DNA from: Lytechinus pictus | Taxonomy: Eukaryota | Direction of reading: 5' to 3' | DNA: 64,000 nucleotides | Assembly (NCBI RefSeq): GCF_037042905.1 | Contig: NC_087245.1 | Location: forward strand, 1,364,001 to 1,428,000 | Part shown: positions 14,701-26,700 of the stretch, piece after piece | How the letters are laid out: the number at the start of each line of letters is the position of its first letter | How positions within the stretch are numbered: the first letter of the stretch is position 1 | Translations under genes and position numbers: made by a program | The notes under the pieces: model-generated | The model's database searches: none | The model's input: the letters and a program-made list of their open reading frames with translations, nothing else | Told to the model about the DNA's origin: nothing

Positions 14701-17700
14701 CACGTTGTCATGCAGATATAGCTTGGAAGACACATTCTATACACAGTCAATCATTATGTTTGGTGGAAAGTTTTTCACTTATGCACAGTTTTGCTGCAAT
14801 TGATTTTCCTTTGATTTTTATTATTTAAGCTTTACTTTTCCTATTAACATTTTCGGACGGACTGAAAATATTCATCTCAAGTTCGTTGAATTCCATGAAT
14901 TCCGTGTTTTCCTGATATCCGTAATTTTTGTTGTTTTTCCGTTTTCTGAATCGCATAAAACTGTTAACTCTACTTTTAAATAATAGCAACTTATGTGACG
15001 TAGCTAATTTGTAAAAATATGCTTGCGCAGAATAGCTAATCTCTGTCTTGCGCACGTGCATCCCATCATGGTACTCATGCATGGTATGTAATTGGGCCAA
15101 TCAATATCCTGACAGAAGTTGCGTGGCAGGTCTTATATCTAGACTCACGTGCATGGCCGTTGTTTTCTACAGTCGCGTCCATGGTAACATCTTCATACGA
15201 CTCTAGATTGAATGAGGCATATTCAATATCTCGAGTCCACTTTGTGACGATGTTGATAGGTGATTGAGATGAGCCATCGCAGGAGGATCCCGGAATGTCT
15301 TTCCAAAAAGATTGATCTGGATAAAAGAGATTAATTATCATCATCATCATTATCATCATCATATCATCGTCGTCGTCGTCATCATCATCACCACCACAAC
15401 CACCATCACAGTCATCATCATCATTACCACCCACATGACCACCACCATCACACCACTGTCATCATCATCATCATCATTATCATCATCATCATCTTCATTA
15501 TCATCATCATCATTATCATCATCATCATCATCATCATCTTCTTCTTCATTATCTTCTTCTTCCTCTTCTTCTTCTTCTTAACGTGGAGGGAAGTGTCTCG
15601 TGTGAGCTCGTAAGATTTTTCGTTTTATTGGGCCTTTTCTGGTCCTATTGTTGTTATGAGTAGTATTTAGTGTTTTCTAAGGCAAAGCTTTATTTGGTCC
15701 ACCATTGTTGGGTTGTATTTTTCTGTAAAATTGTGTAATTTTCAAGTGTTTTTTTTCTTGTTGTGAGTGAAGTGGCCATGGCGGCTGATGCTGGGCGGGA
15801 GCCCCGGGACCTTCCCGGGACTTCAGCCCAACAACCCTCGGGTTTTCTACCTACCCGAGTCAGTCGAAAGAATGGTATATGTTTTGTTTCGACTCCAACT
15901 ATTTCAATTCATGATTATGTAAAGGAATTTGCTAACGCATGTGTACCAGCTGACTGTATTGTCTCGGCATCTCGCATCAGCCAACAGAGAATTGCAATTT
16001 ATTTAAATTCTCGTACGGCAGTGCTGGATGCCGTAGACAAAGGCTTTACTTTTCAGAACTCGTTTATTGAATTGTCACCACTTACTTTGCCCACTACTCG
16101 TTTGACTCTCTCGAATGTATACCCTGAAATACCCAACGATTTGTTAGTGAAACAGATTGCAGCCTTTTGTAAGGTCGTGTCACAAATTCGTTCCATTCCA
16201 TTAGGTTTCAAAGATAAACCATTTTCCCATATCTTGTCCTTTCGGCGACAGGTTCAGGTCCTTATTAATCCTAATGTTACCCCACCCGCCCATCTCGATT
16301 TCTCACTTGAGGGTGTGAATTATCGCGTCTTCGTTTCAACTGACGAAATTCGATGTTTTGAATGTGGGGAAATGGGTCACCTTAGCCGGACCTGTAAAAA
16401 GACAGACCGTCAAGGTCTTACCGAGAGAGTATCGGATAGGGGCAAGGTAGGTCCAAAACATCAACCAAAGGGATTTAAATCTCATATCACGAATAATGTG
16501 CCTCTTAATGTAGAGCCCGTTCATGGGCAGAAACAGAACATCCTCCCAGAAAGGCCCTCAAATCACGCCAATTCTGTCGGTTCTGAGGGGTCCTCTGAGA
16601 TAAACGAGTCGAATACCCCCAAATCGCCAAAGTCCTCAGAACCACTGTTACCTTTTCCTCCACCACCCACTAGACTTTTTTCTGATATTGTTGCTAAAAG
16701 GAAAAGAACTCCTTCAAAATCTTCTCCTGACACCCCGATTCTTACTCCCCTCACTTCGAAAACTCCACCAAGGAAAATGAGGAAATCACCCCCCTCTACA
16801 CCTATTTCAACAGGCCCCCCTCCTTCACCTGTCCTCCTGTCCTCTCCTGCCCCATCGTCACCTAACACCTGGTCCTCTTCAGCTCCGCCCCCACCCGGCA
16901 TCCAATCCTCTTCAGTTCCACCCTTCCCCGCCTTTCAGCCCTCTTCAGTCACTCCCTCCCCCGTTATCCAGTTCTCTTCAGCTCCTTCCTCCCCAAACCC
17001 TTCCACCCCTTCCTCGTTGTGGGATGACACCCTGTCTGACGACGATTCGGTCGATTGGGCGTCATCTTTTCCGTCAAGTCAGGGCCCTTTGTCTGACAAA
17101 GATTTGTTGAAGTTTCTAAAGACAGTCAAAGCAAGAAAAAAACCAATTGAAATTGCCCGGAAATTCACCTCGAATGTACCCGGCCTTGTTAGGCAATTGA
17201 TTCCTTTACGGAATAGTTCAGCCTTCAAGAAAAGTACCCAGCAGCGGGTACAAAAATTAATCAGAAAGTTAGAAGACTGTGCTTAGTTCTTTTTTTTACA
17301 TGCTTGGTAAGACCCTGTATGCTCTCCACCTTGCAATGACCTTGTCATTCCTCACGCTGAACACTGGAGGATGTTCTGGATCAGTGAAAACTGCCTCTAT
17401 TCATTCTTACATTGAAAATATTGCAATTAGTCCTGATGTTATTTTTCTGCAAGAAACTTATGATTTAACGCCACGTTCTTCTTGTTGGAATTTATGGAAA
17501 TCATATTTGATAAATTGTTCTTCCGGTATCTCTCGAGGTTCCGGCATAACCACCATTGTAAAGAAGAATCTTGTTGGCTCGTTTGATAGCTTAGCTATAG
17601 TTGACAGTCATATACTATATTCGAAAATTTGCATTGATGATACATTTTATCACTTGTATAATATTTTGATACCACAAGATGATAATTTTGCTTTAAAAGC

Positions 17701-20700
17701 CATTAAATCACTTCATGATCACTTGTGCACGATAAATAATGGCGTTATTATGTTAGGGGGAGATTTTAATTGTACCCTTAACCCCGCTCTTGATCGCCTG
17801 AGCATGCCAAAAGAACATAGACATAAAATCTCTACACAACTTGGGAAAACGATTGATTTTTTCACCCTTTGTGATGCATGGCGCAGACTCAATCCTTCTC
17901 AAAAAGCTTTTACCTGGCATAGGCGAAACCCACGAAGCATTCATGGCGTCTCGCGTGCAAGACTAGATCGCTTTTATCTGCCTGTTGGTCTCACCCCTTC
18001 TATTCACAAATGCGGCATTTTACCATGCTCTCTCTCTGACCACGATGCGGGTTATTTAGAATTAAAACCTCCCAAACACAAACATAGGGGAAGTGCATAC
18101 TGGCATTTCAACAACTCTTTACTTGATGACGAGAATTTCAAAAATATTATTGTACATTTTTGGACCGATTGGAGGCTTCACAAAAATGAATTTGTGAACA
18201 TTTTGATGTGGTGGGATGCTGGCAAATCCCATATTAAAAGAATTACTCAAATGTATGGAAAAAAGATAGCTGATGAAAAACGGGCTGCCTTTGTGAAAAT
18301 TAATAACACTATTGAGCAGCTCCAATCCAATTTTGTTTTGTCAAGTAATACAGAACAAGAGATAATCAGAAACAGAAAGGAACTTAATAATTTGTTAAAA
18401 TATGATGCCAAGGGTGCTTTGATTAGGTCACGCTTTAAACTAGTCCAAGAGGTTGATACGAGCTCGTCCTTCTTTTATAACTTAGAGAAGTCGAACTCTT
18501 CACGGAAAAGAATTTCTCAGATCCGCCTCCCCTCAGGACGCACCACAGTAAATGAAAATGAAATTAAGAACCATGTGTACTCTTTTTACAAGGACCTTTA
18601 TAGTTTTTCTCCCATTGATGGTATTTCTGCTGAACTTTTTTCCAACATTAAACGCTTGGATAAGGATGAACAGAAAAATCTCGATTCGCCCTTTTCAGTA
18701 GAAGAATTAACACAAACTGTCAAACAATTAGGAAAAGATAAAACACCGGGTATGGATGGCCTCACTACGGAGTTTTATCAAACTTTTTGGCCCACGTTTA
18801 AGAATGATTTCTTTGAAGTCTTACAATTTTCTATTTCAAATGGCAGTTTACCACGTTCTTTTCGTAGGGCAATCATTAGCTTGATCCCCAAAAAGGGAGA
18901 TCTTGCTGAGATTACCAACTGGCGTCCTGTCTCACTTCTTAACGTGGACTATAAAATATTTGCAAAAACCCTTGCCAGTAGATTGAAACTCTGTATTGGG
19001 AGCATTATTCATGAGGATCAAACTTATTGTGTCCCAGGTCGTACCATTTATGATAACATCATTTTAATAAGGGACATTATTCATTATGCAAATTCTGCCG
19101 ATATCCCTCTTGCCTTGGTGAATCTTGATCAAAAGAAAGCGTTTGATAATATATCTCATAAATATCTTTTTGATACAATGAAGGCAATGGGATTCGGATA
19201 CTCGTTTATCTCGAGTGTTAAGTTGTTGTATTGTCATGCAGAAAGCTTTGTTAAAGTATGTGGTTCATTAACCGCACCCTTCCATTTCCAAAAAGGGATT
19301 CGGCAAGGATGCCCTCTTTCGGGCATGCTATACTCAATAGCAATTGAACCCTTTCTCAACTTACTTAGACAAAATCTGGCCCAGTGTAATTTTAAAATAC
19401 CCGATATTAATTTGAATTTATCTGTATCGGCCTACGCTGATGATGTTACAATATTTTTATCTTCTGAAAATGGTTTTGATATTATTCAGAATGTTTATAA
19501 TACGTACAGTAAGTCTTCTAATGCTTGTTTAAATTACAATAAGTCAAAGGGCCTTTGGGCTGGATCGTGGTGTCGACGAAATGATAAACCACTTGTTTGT
19601 CAATGGAGTAACGAAGGATTAACTTTTCTTGGAGTTCAATTAGGTAACACCAATACTTATTATCAACAAAACTGGGTGATTTGTAAGGATAGACTAAATA
19701 AAACACTTTCTCGGTGGACCCCTCTTTCTAATTATTTATCATTTAAAGGCAAGATTCTCGTAGCTAACCAACTAGCTGCCACAAAAGTGTTTCATTTTCT
19801 GGCTACACTATCGGTCCCCAATCACACACTCAATGAACTCCAGGACATGTTGGTCAATTTTGTTTGGTCTAATAAACGTCATCTCATTAAGAAACAAATA
19901 TTGTCTTGTGAACCCAACAATGGTGGACTTGGTTTAGCTTCTCTCCAAGCACGAGTCCACACTTTCCGTTTCTGTTTTTTTCAACGCTTTCTTAATTTTT
20001 GCTCTCACCCTGCTTACCTACTCTGCTCTCTCAATCTTAAAAAATACAGGGGTCTAAACTTTGATTCCCAATTGTGTTTTATTGATTTAGACCCAAAATT
20101 TCTCACCAATCTGCAATGTTTTTACTCAGAATTATTAGTTGCTTGGAGGGCCTCAGGAGCTCACATTGACATTACTTCCCTCTCAGTTAATCATGTCTTA
20201 AACATGCCGCTCAATTATTTTCCTTTAATTCCCCCATCGCTAGAAGGCAGCACGGTCTTCCCTGCACGGCTCTTCGTGTGTCGAATCACGCTCATTAAGC
20301 ACATCATTGACCCCTTCAACGGCAAGTGGCGCACAGTTGACAGCCTTCAACTCCATCCAGCCTACGATGCAAGTCGTCAACGCCTTTCTCGACGTTTGAT
20401 TGGACAAGAACTTTCCATCCTGAAATATCGCCTATCTGCCATCTTCCCTACTATTTTTACTTTAGCTGGACTCAAAGCCCCTCTTCGTCCACTTTGCAGC
20501 TCACCCACCCCTTTAGTGATTAAACTGGTGAGAGGGACAGCTACAGCTGAACTATCTACAAAATATATTTATCGTGCATTGAAACGCCGAGTAAACAGTT
20601 ACGATTCATCACTTCCTTCACACTGGCATGAAAATGGAACTCTCTCAAGTAACACGAAAATTAACTGGACACAAATATATGCCCCACCTACAATTAAAAA

Positions 20701-23700
20701 AGACGGGGACATACAGTACAAGCTTCTCCACAATGTCCTACCATCTCTACCAGTACTTCATCATTTCAACAAAGACATTCCAATTCAGTGTGGATGGTGT
20801 GGTGAGACGGGAACCATCTTCCATCTCTTAATACAATGTCCGGCCATCCAACCATCACTCATCGTTCTACATCATCTAATTAAGCGTCTCATTCCGAACA
20901 TTATTATCGACTTTGAATTATACTGGGCGCTGGTTCCGCATGCTTCGGGCCGTTGCAGGGAAGCCGTGCGTTTATGTAATTTTTTGTTTATTAGTTTCAA
21001 AAGTACCATTTATTGGCTGTATCGTTCTTTGAATTTTTCAGTTCCCCTATTGGTTTGGAAATCCAAAGTGAAAAGCAGGATTCTTCTAGATTATGAGTTT
21101 CATAAGTTACAAAATAATGTCAATGCCTTCTCAAAGCGATGGTGTGTGAACAATGCTCTTTGTTCTGTCGGCACCTCTTTTGAATTAGTTTGGTCTTTTT
21201 GAATATAGGAATGTAAGCCTACCTTTACTTTACTGGTTGTGTAATGTTTTTTTTCTTGGTTTGTTTATATGAGTCCTTATTTGTACTTATAAAGTATATT
21301 ATTCTCATATTTTATTTGTATATATGTTATAGTTTGATTGTAAATAAAGTTTCATTTTGAAAAGTCAAAAAAAAGTCTTCTTCTTCTTCTCCTTCTTCTT
21401 CACCTTTACCATCGTCATGAGATTATAGAAATATCCACTACCTTCATCGCCTTAATGTTCACAATGATGATGGTGATGATTATTATTCAAACCCTTATTC
21501 ATTTTGAGGCCGTCATTACATACATCAAGCAACCCTCTCAGTGTGATGATCTGACCTGTTTTTTGTTTTATTTCCATATTATTTGTCTTGTATTTGAAAG
21601 AATGTGTTAACGTATTCATTAATTTTCTGATATATGTATGTCATGTTTTAAAACGCAGAAATTAATTAATCTAACGAACAAACAAACTTTCATATAGATA
21701 GAAAATAATTAGAAAGTAGACTGCATGACATAATAGAAGGTTATGGTCAAAATAAGAAACATTGTCAATATAAAAGGAGGAAAAATAATCATAATGAAAT
21801 TGTTTATTCACGACGCTGAAGTCGATGTCAACAATTCGACACACAAGTAAGAGGCCTGTGGCAAAGAAACCAAAGAACTCAACCAAACTAATTGTTAAAT
21901 TGAAAATATTTCATTTCTTCTTAAATTTTGTTTACCATAATTTTGTAGCTGGTGTACTTACCGGTATCACCAGCTCCTGCATAAGTCCAAGTGGAACTTG
22001 CTGAAAGATAAAGGGAAATTGATAATAAGACAATTAATTTCATTTACTTGTTCCAACTTAACCCCTCTTTCTCTTTTCCTTATACCCTGCCCCCTTTCTC
22101 CATTTTCTCTCTCGTTTCCTTCCCCTCTCCCCCCCCCCCTCTCTCTCTCTCTCTCTCAAGTCTCTTTTCTTTTCCTTTCTTTCTTTCTTACTCCAACGCA
22201 CCTGTAAAGTATGCAGCAGCAAAACATGAATTCCATATTTTCACCAAATTCAAGAATTCAGTTTATTGATTTTTTTTCTCTACAGGTGTTGATTCTCTGG
22301 AACTGGAAGGTGTGTGTGATGTGTTGTGAAATGACAGCCCCCAATTTCCCCTATCTTCAATTTGTTCATTTCGTTTATTTCCATTTCACACAATTACCAA
22401 AGTCATTTTCTGTCGTACATCATGGCTTAAAAGTAAAAAATATATACATTGAAAATGTTGAACATAGACAAGATAACAGGTTCGTAATAGATTATCATAG
22501 ATTACATGTATTTTTTTAAACCACTAAGTTGACAGTTAACATAGTAACTAACATAACTACCTTTTCTGAGAGTTTACGGGATGTCAATCCAGCATGACAA
22601 TTTTGTTTATTCAGCTTATACCACCACCCATTAAAAGGCTGCGAGACATTCATGACATTATCGGCCACTCATGATCCTTCGAATCGGATCTAACTGAAGT
22701 GCTCAATATCAGAGGCAGTGATCATACAAGGGGTATGGCCAGTGGCGTAGCTACGGGGGGCCTGGGGGGGGGGGGGCACGTGCCCCCCTGAGATTTGGTG
22801 TGCCCCCCCCCCCCCGGTGCCCCCCTGAAAAAATTGGCAGAGCAAAAAAAAAGGGAGAAAGAAGAAAAGAAAAAGAAGGGGAAAGACAGAAGAAAAAAAG
22901 AAGAGGAAAATAAGAGGAGGAAGACGAGTGAATAAAATAATGTGAGGGGAAGACTTGCAAAAAAACCCAAATCTTTCATGTTACTATATAACATTTTTGC
23001 TCGCGCTTCGCGCTCGGATTGCCTGTTCGATGAGATTCATATATTGCTCAATAGGGTGATATGGAGTCGCCATGTATGTTGCTGCATATATGTTCTTTAT
23101 TCAGAATGTGTTTGAATTATCCAGTATGAGATCAGAACTTTTATCAATAATTTTCTGCTCGCGCTTCACGCTCGCATTATAAATGATACCCAATTAACCA
23201 CATCCTATTCATGATTTACAAAATATCAATAGAGTGTCCCGTTTTTATAAGAGTCAATCTAAGAAGTGACCGATCGGGGAAATATATAGGTGTAGATAAT
23301 TTCGGCTCCCCCCCCCCCTTATTGGCGAAAGTCGGATTGGCCCTTGTGACACGCACAGAAAAAAAAATGTTGCCCCCCCCCCCTGAAAAAGCAAGGACCC
23401 CCCAGTGCCCCCCCCCCCCCAGGAAAAAAGTCCTTGCTACGCCACTGGGTATGGCGCAATTTTATGATTTTCTATGAGTAAAATATAGAGGGGGAGCAAA
23501 GGATAAAAAAGATAGGTCTCTATAGACAGAACCTAATTTTAATGATTGTATTATTATATGGTGAGTGTGATGGTGTACGCGTATGTGTGTGCGTTATATG
23601 TCGTGTTTTCTTTACATGTTGTTTATCTATGATGACGATGATGATGATGAGTGATGATGATAAGTGATGATGATAAGTGATGATGCATGATGATGATGAT

Positions 23701-26700
23701 GATGATGGTGGTGGTGATGATGATGATGATGATGAGTGAAGATGATAAATGACGATGCATGATGATGATGATGGTGGTGATGATGCATGATGATGATGAT
23801 GGTGGTGATGATGCATGATGATGATGATGGTGGTGATGATGATGATGGTGGTGATGATGATGATGATGATGAGTGAAGATGATAAATGACGATGCATGAT
23901 GATGATGATGGTGGTGATGATGATGATGATGATGAGTGAAGATGATAAATGACGATGCATGATGATGATGATGGTGGTGATGATGCATGATGATGATGAT
24001 GGTGGTGATGATGCATGATGATGATGATGGTGGTGATGATGATGATGGTGGTGATGATGATGATGATGATGAGTGAAGATGATAAATGATGATGATGATG
24101 ATGATGATGATGATGGTGGTGATGATGATGATGATGATGAGTGAAGATGATAAATGACGATGCATGATGATGATGATGGTGGTGATGATGCATGATGATG
24201 ATGGTGGTGATGATGCATGATGATGATGATAATGATGATGATGATGATGGTGGTGATGATGATGATGATGAGTGAAGATGATAAGTGATGATGATGATGG
24301 TGGTGATGATGCATGATGATGATGATAATGATAATGATGATGATGATGATAAAGAAGAAGATGATGATGATGATGATGATGATGATAATGATAATGATGA
24401 TGATAAAGAAGAAGAAGAAGAAGATGATGATGATGATGATGATGATAATGATGATGTTTATGGCGATGATGATGGTGTTGGTGGTGTTATTGGTTGGTGG
24501 TGTTATTATATAGGGATTTTTCATTAATGGCATGTGACAAGTTAAGGTTTATAGTTTATACAAGAGAAGAGATGTTTCGGAGGGATATAGGGAATATGTT
24601 CCAAAGACGGGGGCAAGATATAGAACGGATGGAGGGTTGATCTCTGTTGCTGAAATAGTGAAGAAATGTAAGAAGGAAGTGTGGTTGACAGAGATTTATA
24701 AGTTTGAACAAGACGGCATTCGATAATGAAGTTCATTTAGTATAGGGGTAGCATTATGACACCATTTTTGGTTTTGACATATTAAGCGTGATCATTTATT
24801 CATAAGGTGTTGAAGTCTTCCTGTATAGATATTCTGTATATTTCCAACTTATCATTTGATTACAATTCGTAATTATTTGTATAAACTTAACTTTTTTTTG
24901 TATTATCACCTGTTAATAATTATGATTATTATGTTTTATGTATTATTCATGTACATGTATACTAAGATTGGGTGCCTTTTACTTTGTACATTTTATTCAT
25001 GGCACGGCCCCAATACAAATCAGACTCTGTATCTGTTTGGGTTTTTTACCGTGTGAAAATAAAATTTATCTATCTATCTATCTTGTTTACTAATATCCCC
25101 AAGCAAGCACCCACCGTAGTCAAGCATGGAGGGCACACGTGCTGTCCTAACAATTAAAGTTATGACATGTGTCCTTATCTAAGAAACTCCTGATGCGATT
25201 GAGATTGTAGATTTGCCCGTTGAGCGGAGTACGACACAAGTTTGTTACATGTTCGGTCATTTTCATGGTAGAAGATATGGAAATATTTATGTCATTAATA
25301 TAGGTTCATGGAACGGATTGAGGTGTGCAGGAGATGCAGTAACAGTTAAAGAACTCTGTTTTGCTACAACTTTACTTACGAATTGTAGACACAGGTCTAT
25401 ATAACTACCTAAACTTGTGTAATAAAAGAACTATCTGTAAAACACCAGTAGACATTGACAGATTCAGGATACGTGAAAGTACTGGGAGTAAAACAGACAA
25501 TTGCTTCTTAATCGGCCAAGAAAGCATTGGAATGCAAGATTTAGAAGAAAAGATTGAAAAGCATACGTTGTAAGACAGGGGCGGCGGAACCGAGGGCAGG
25601 GGGCACTTGCCCCACCCCCCCCCCCCTTCCTCGTAGGAAAAAAATTCCTTTTTTCAAAATGGAAAGTGCCTTTTTTTTTATAGTAAAACATAATACATTT
25701 TAGGTTAGAATATCACAAAATTTCTGGCTCGCGCTTCGGGCTCGCATGATGATGATGGTGGTGGTGGTGGTGGTGAGTTAGAGTGGTGGTGATGATGATA
25801 ATGATGATGGTTGCTAGTAGTGGTGGTGATCATGATTTTGTTTCTTCAAGTTCATACGCATTGAAGGGTTGGTATTTAGCTTGAACATCCCACCCACATC
25901 TTATACTTTCACCCTTTTCGTGGGAATATTGTGTTCTGGTGAGACACCTACACGTATCAAAACTCGATGAAAACATCTGCTCTCTATATTAAACATTTTA
26001 CATCTCTATTCTTTCAGGATTTGAATCCAATTTAGTTTTTGAAAGGTCATGTCAATATGTTCACCCATCGATTCAACCTGTGAGAGAAATCGTGCTTGTC
26101 TGTTTTCTATTCTTCAATTTTTGAATATTTGGCAACTGTTGATAAATGCAGACTTTCACGTGAATTTAGTGTTAGTATGTTGAATGTTCTATGCGTGAAG
26201 CGATGTTGTATGTCCATGAAAAAAATTAATAATCGCTTGCTAGTTAGCCCTGCTTGATGTTCTCTTCACTTCATTATGAATAAATATCAATTTATATAAC
26301 TACTTTTATAATTATGATTAGGCTATATCAAATATAGGAAGCACATGTAGGTTTACTGCAGATACTGCATTTTGGCGATACGGAAAACAATGATTTCTCG
26401 ATTTTTTTTTTCGTCATAAAACTTAAAGGGATGGTCCGGGCTGAAAATATTTATACCTTAATACATAGAGTAGAATTCACTGAGCAAAATGCCGAAAATT
26501 TCATCAAAATCGGATAACAAATAATAAAGTTATTGAAGTTTAAAGTTTAGCAATATTTTGTAAAAACAGTCATCATGAATATTCATTAGGTGGGCTGATG
26601 ATGTCACATCTCCACTTTCTGTTTTCTTATGTTATTGCATAAAATCATATTTTTTTCATTATTTCATATTTGTGTGAATAATATGTCTCCCTTATAATGA

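Larger units (their letters stand above)
15579..21375 (+). mobile_element. Full-length Tx1-clade (L1 group) non-LTR retrotransposon in (TTC)n, Koshi-like
   Basis: Two intact ORFs, 5' UTR, AATAAA and short A-rich end; TSD TCTTCTTCTTCTTCT at 15564-15578 and 21376-21390; antisense in CA intron 2. Confidence 0.95.

Noticed and set aside
23520..24533. Long His/Ile/Ser-rich and Asp/Met-rich ORFs
   Set aside because: Translations of a GAT/CAT microsatellite open in several frames; not protein-like.
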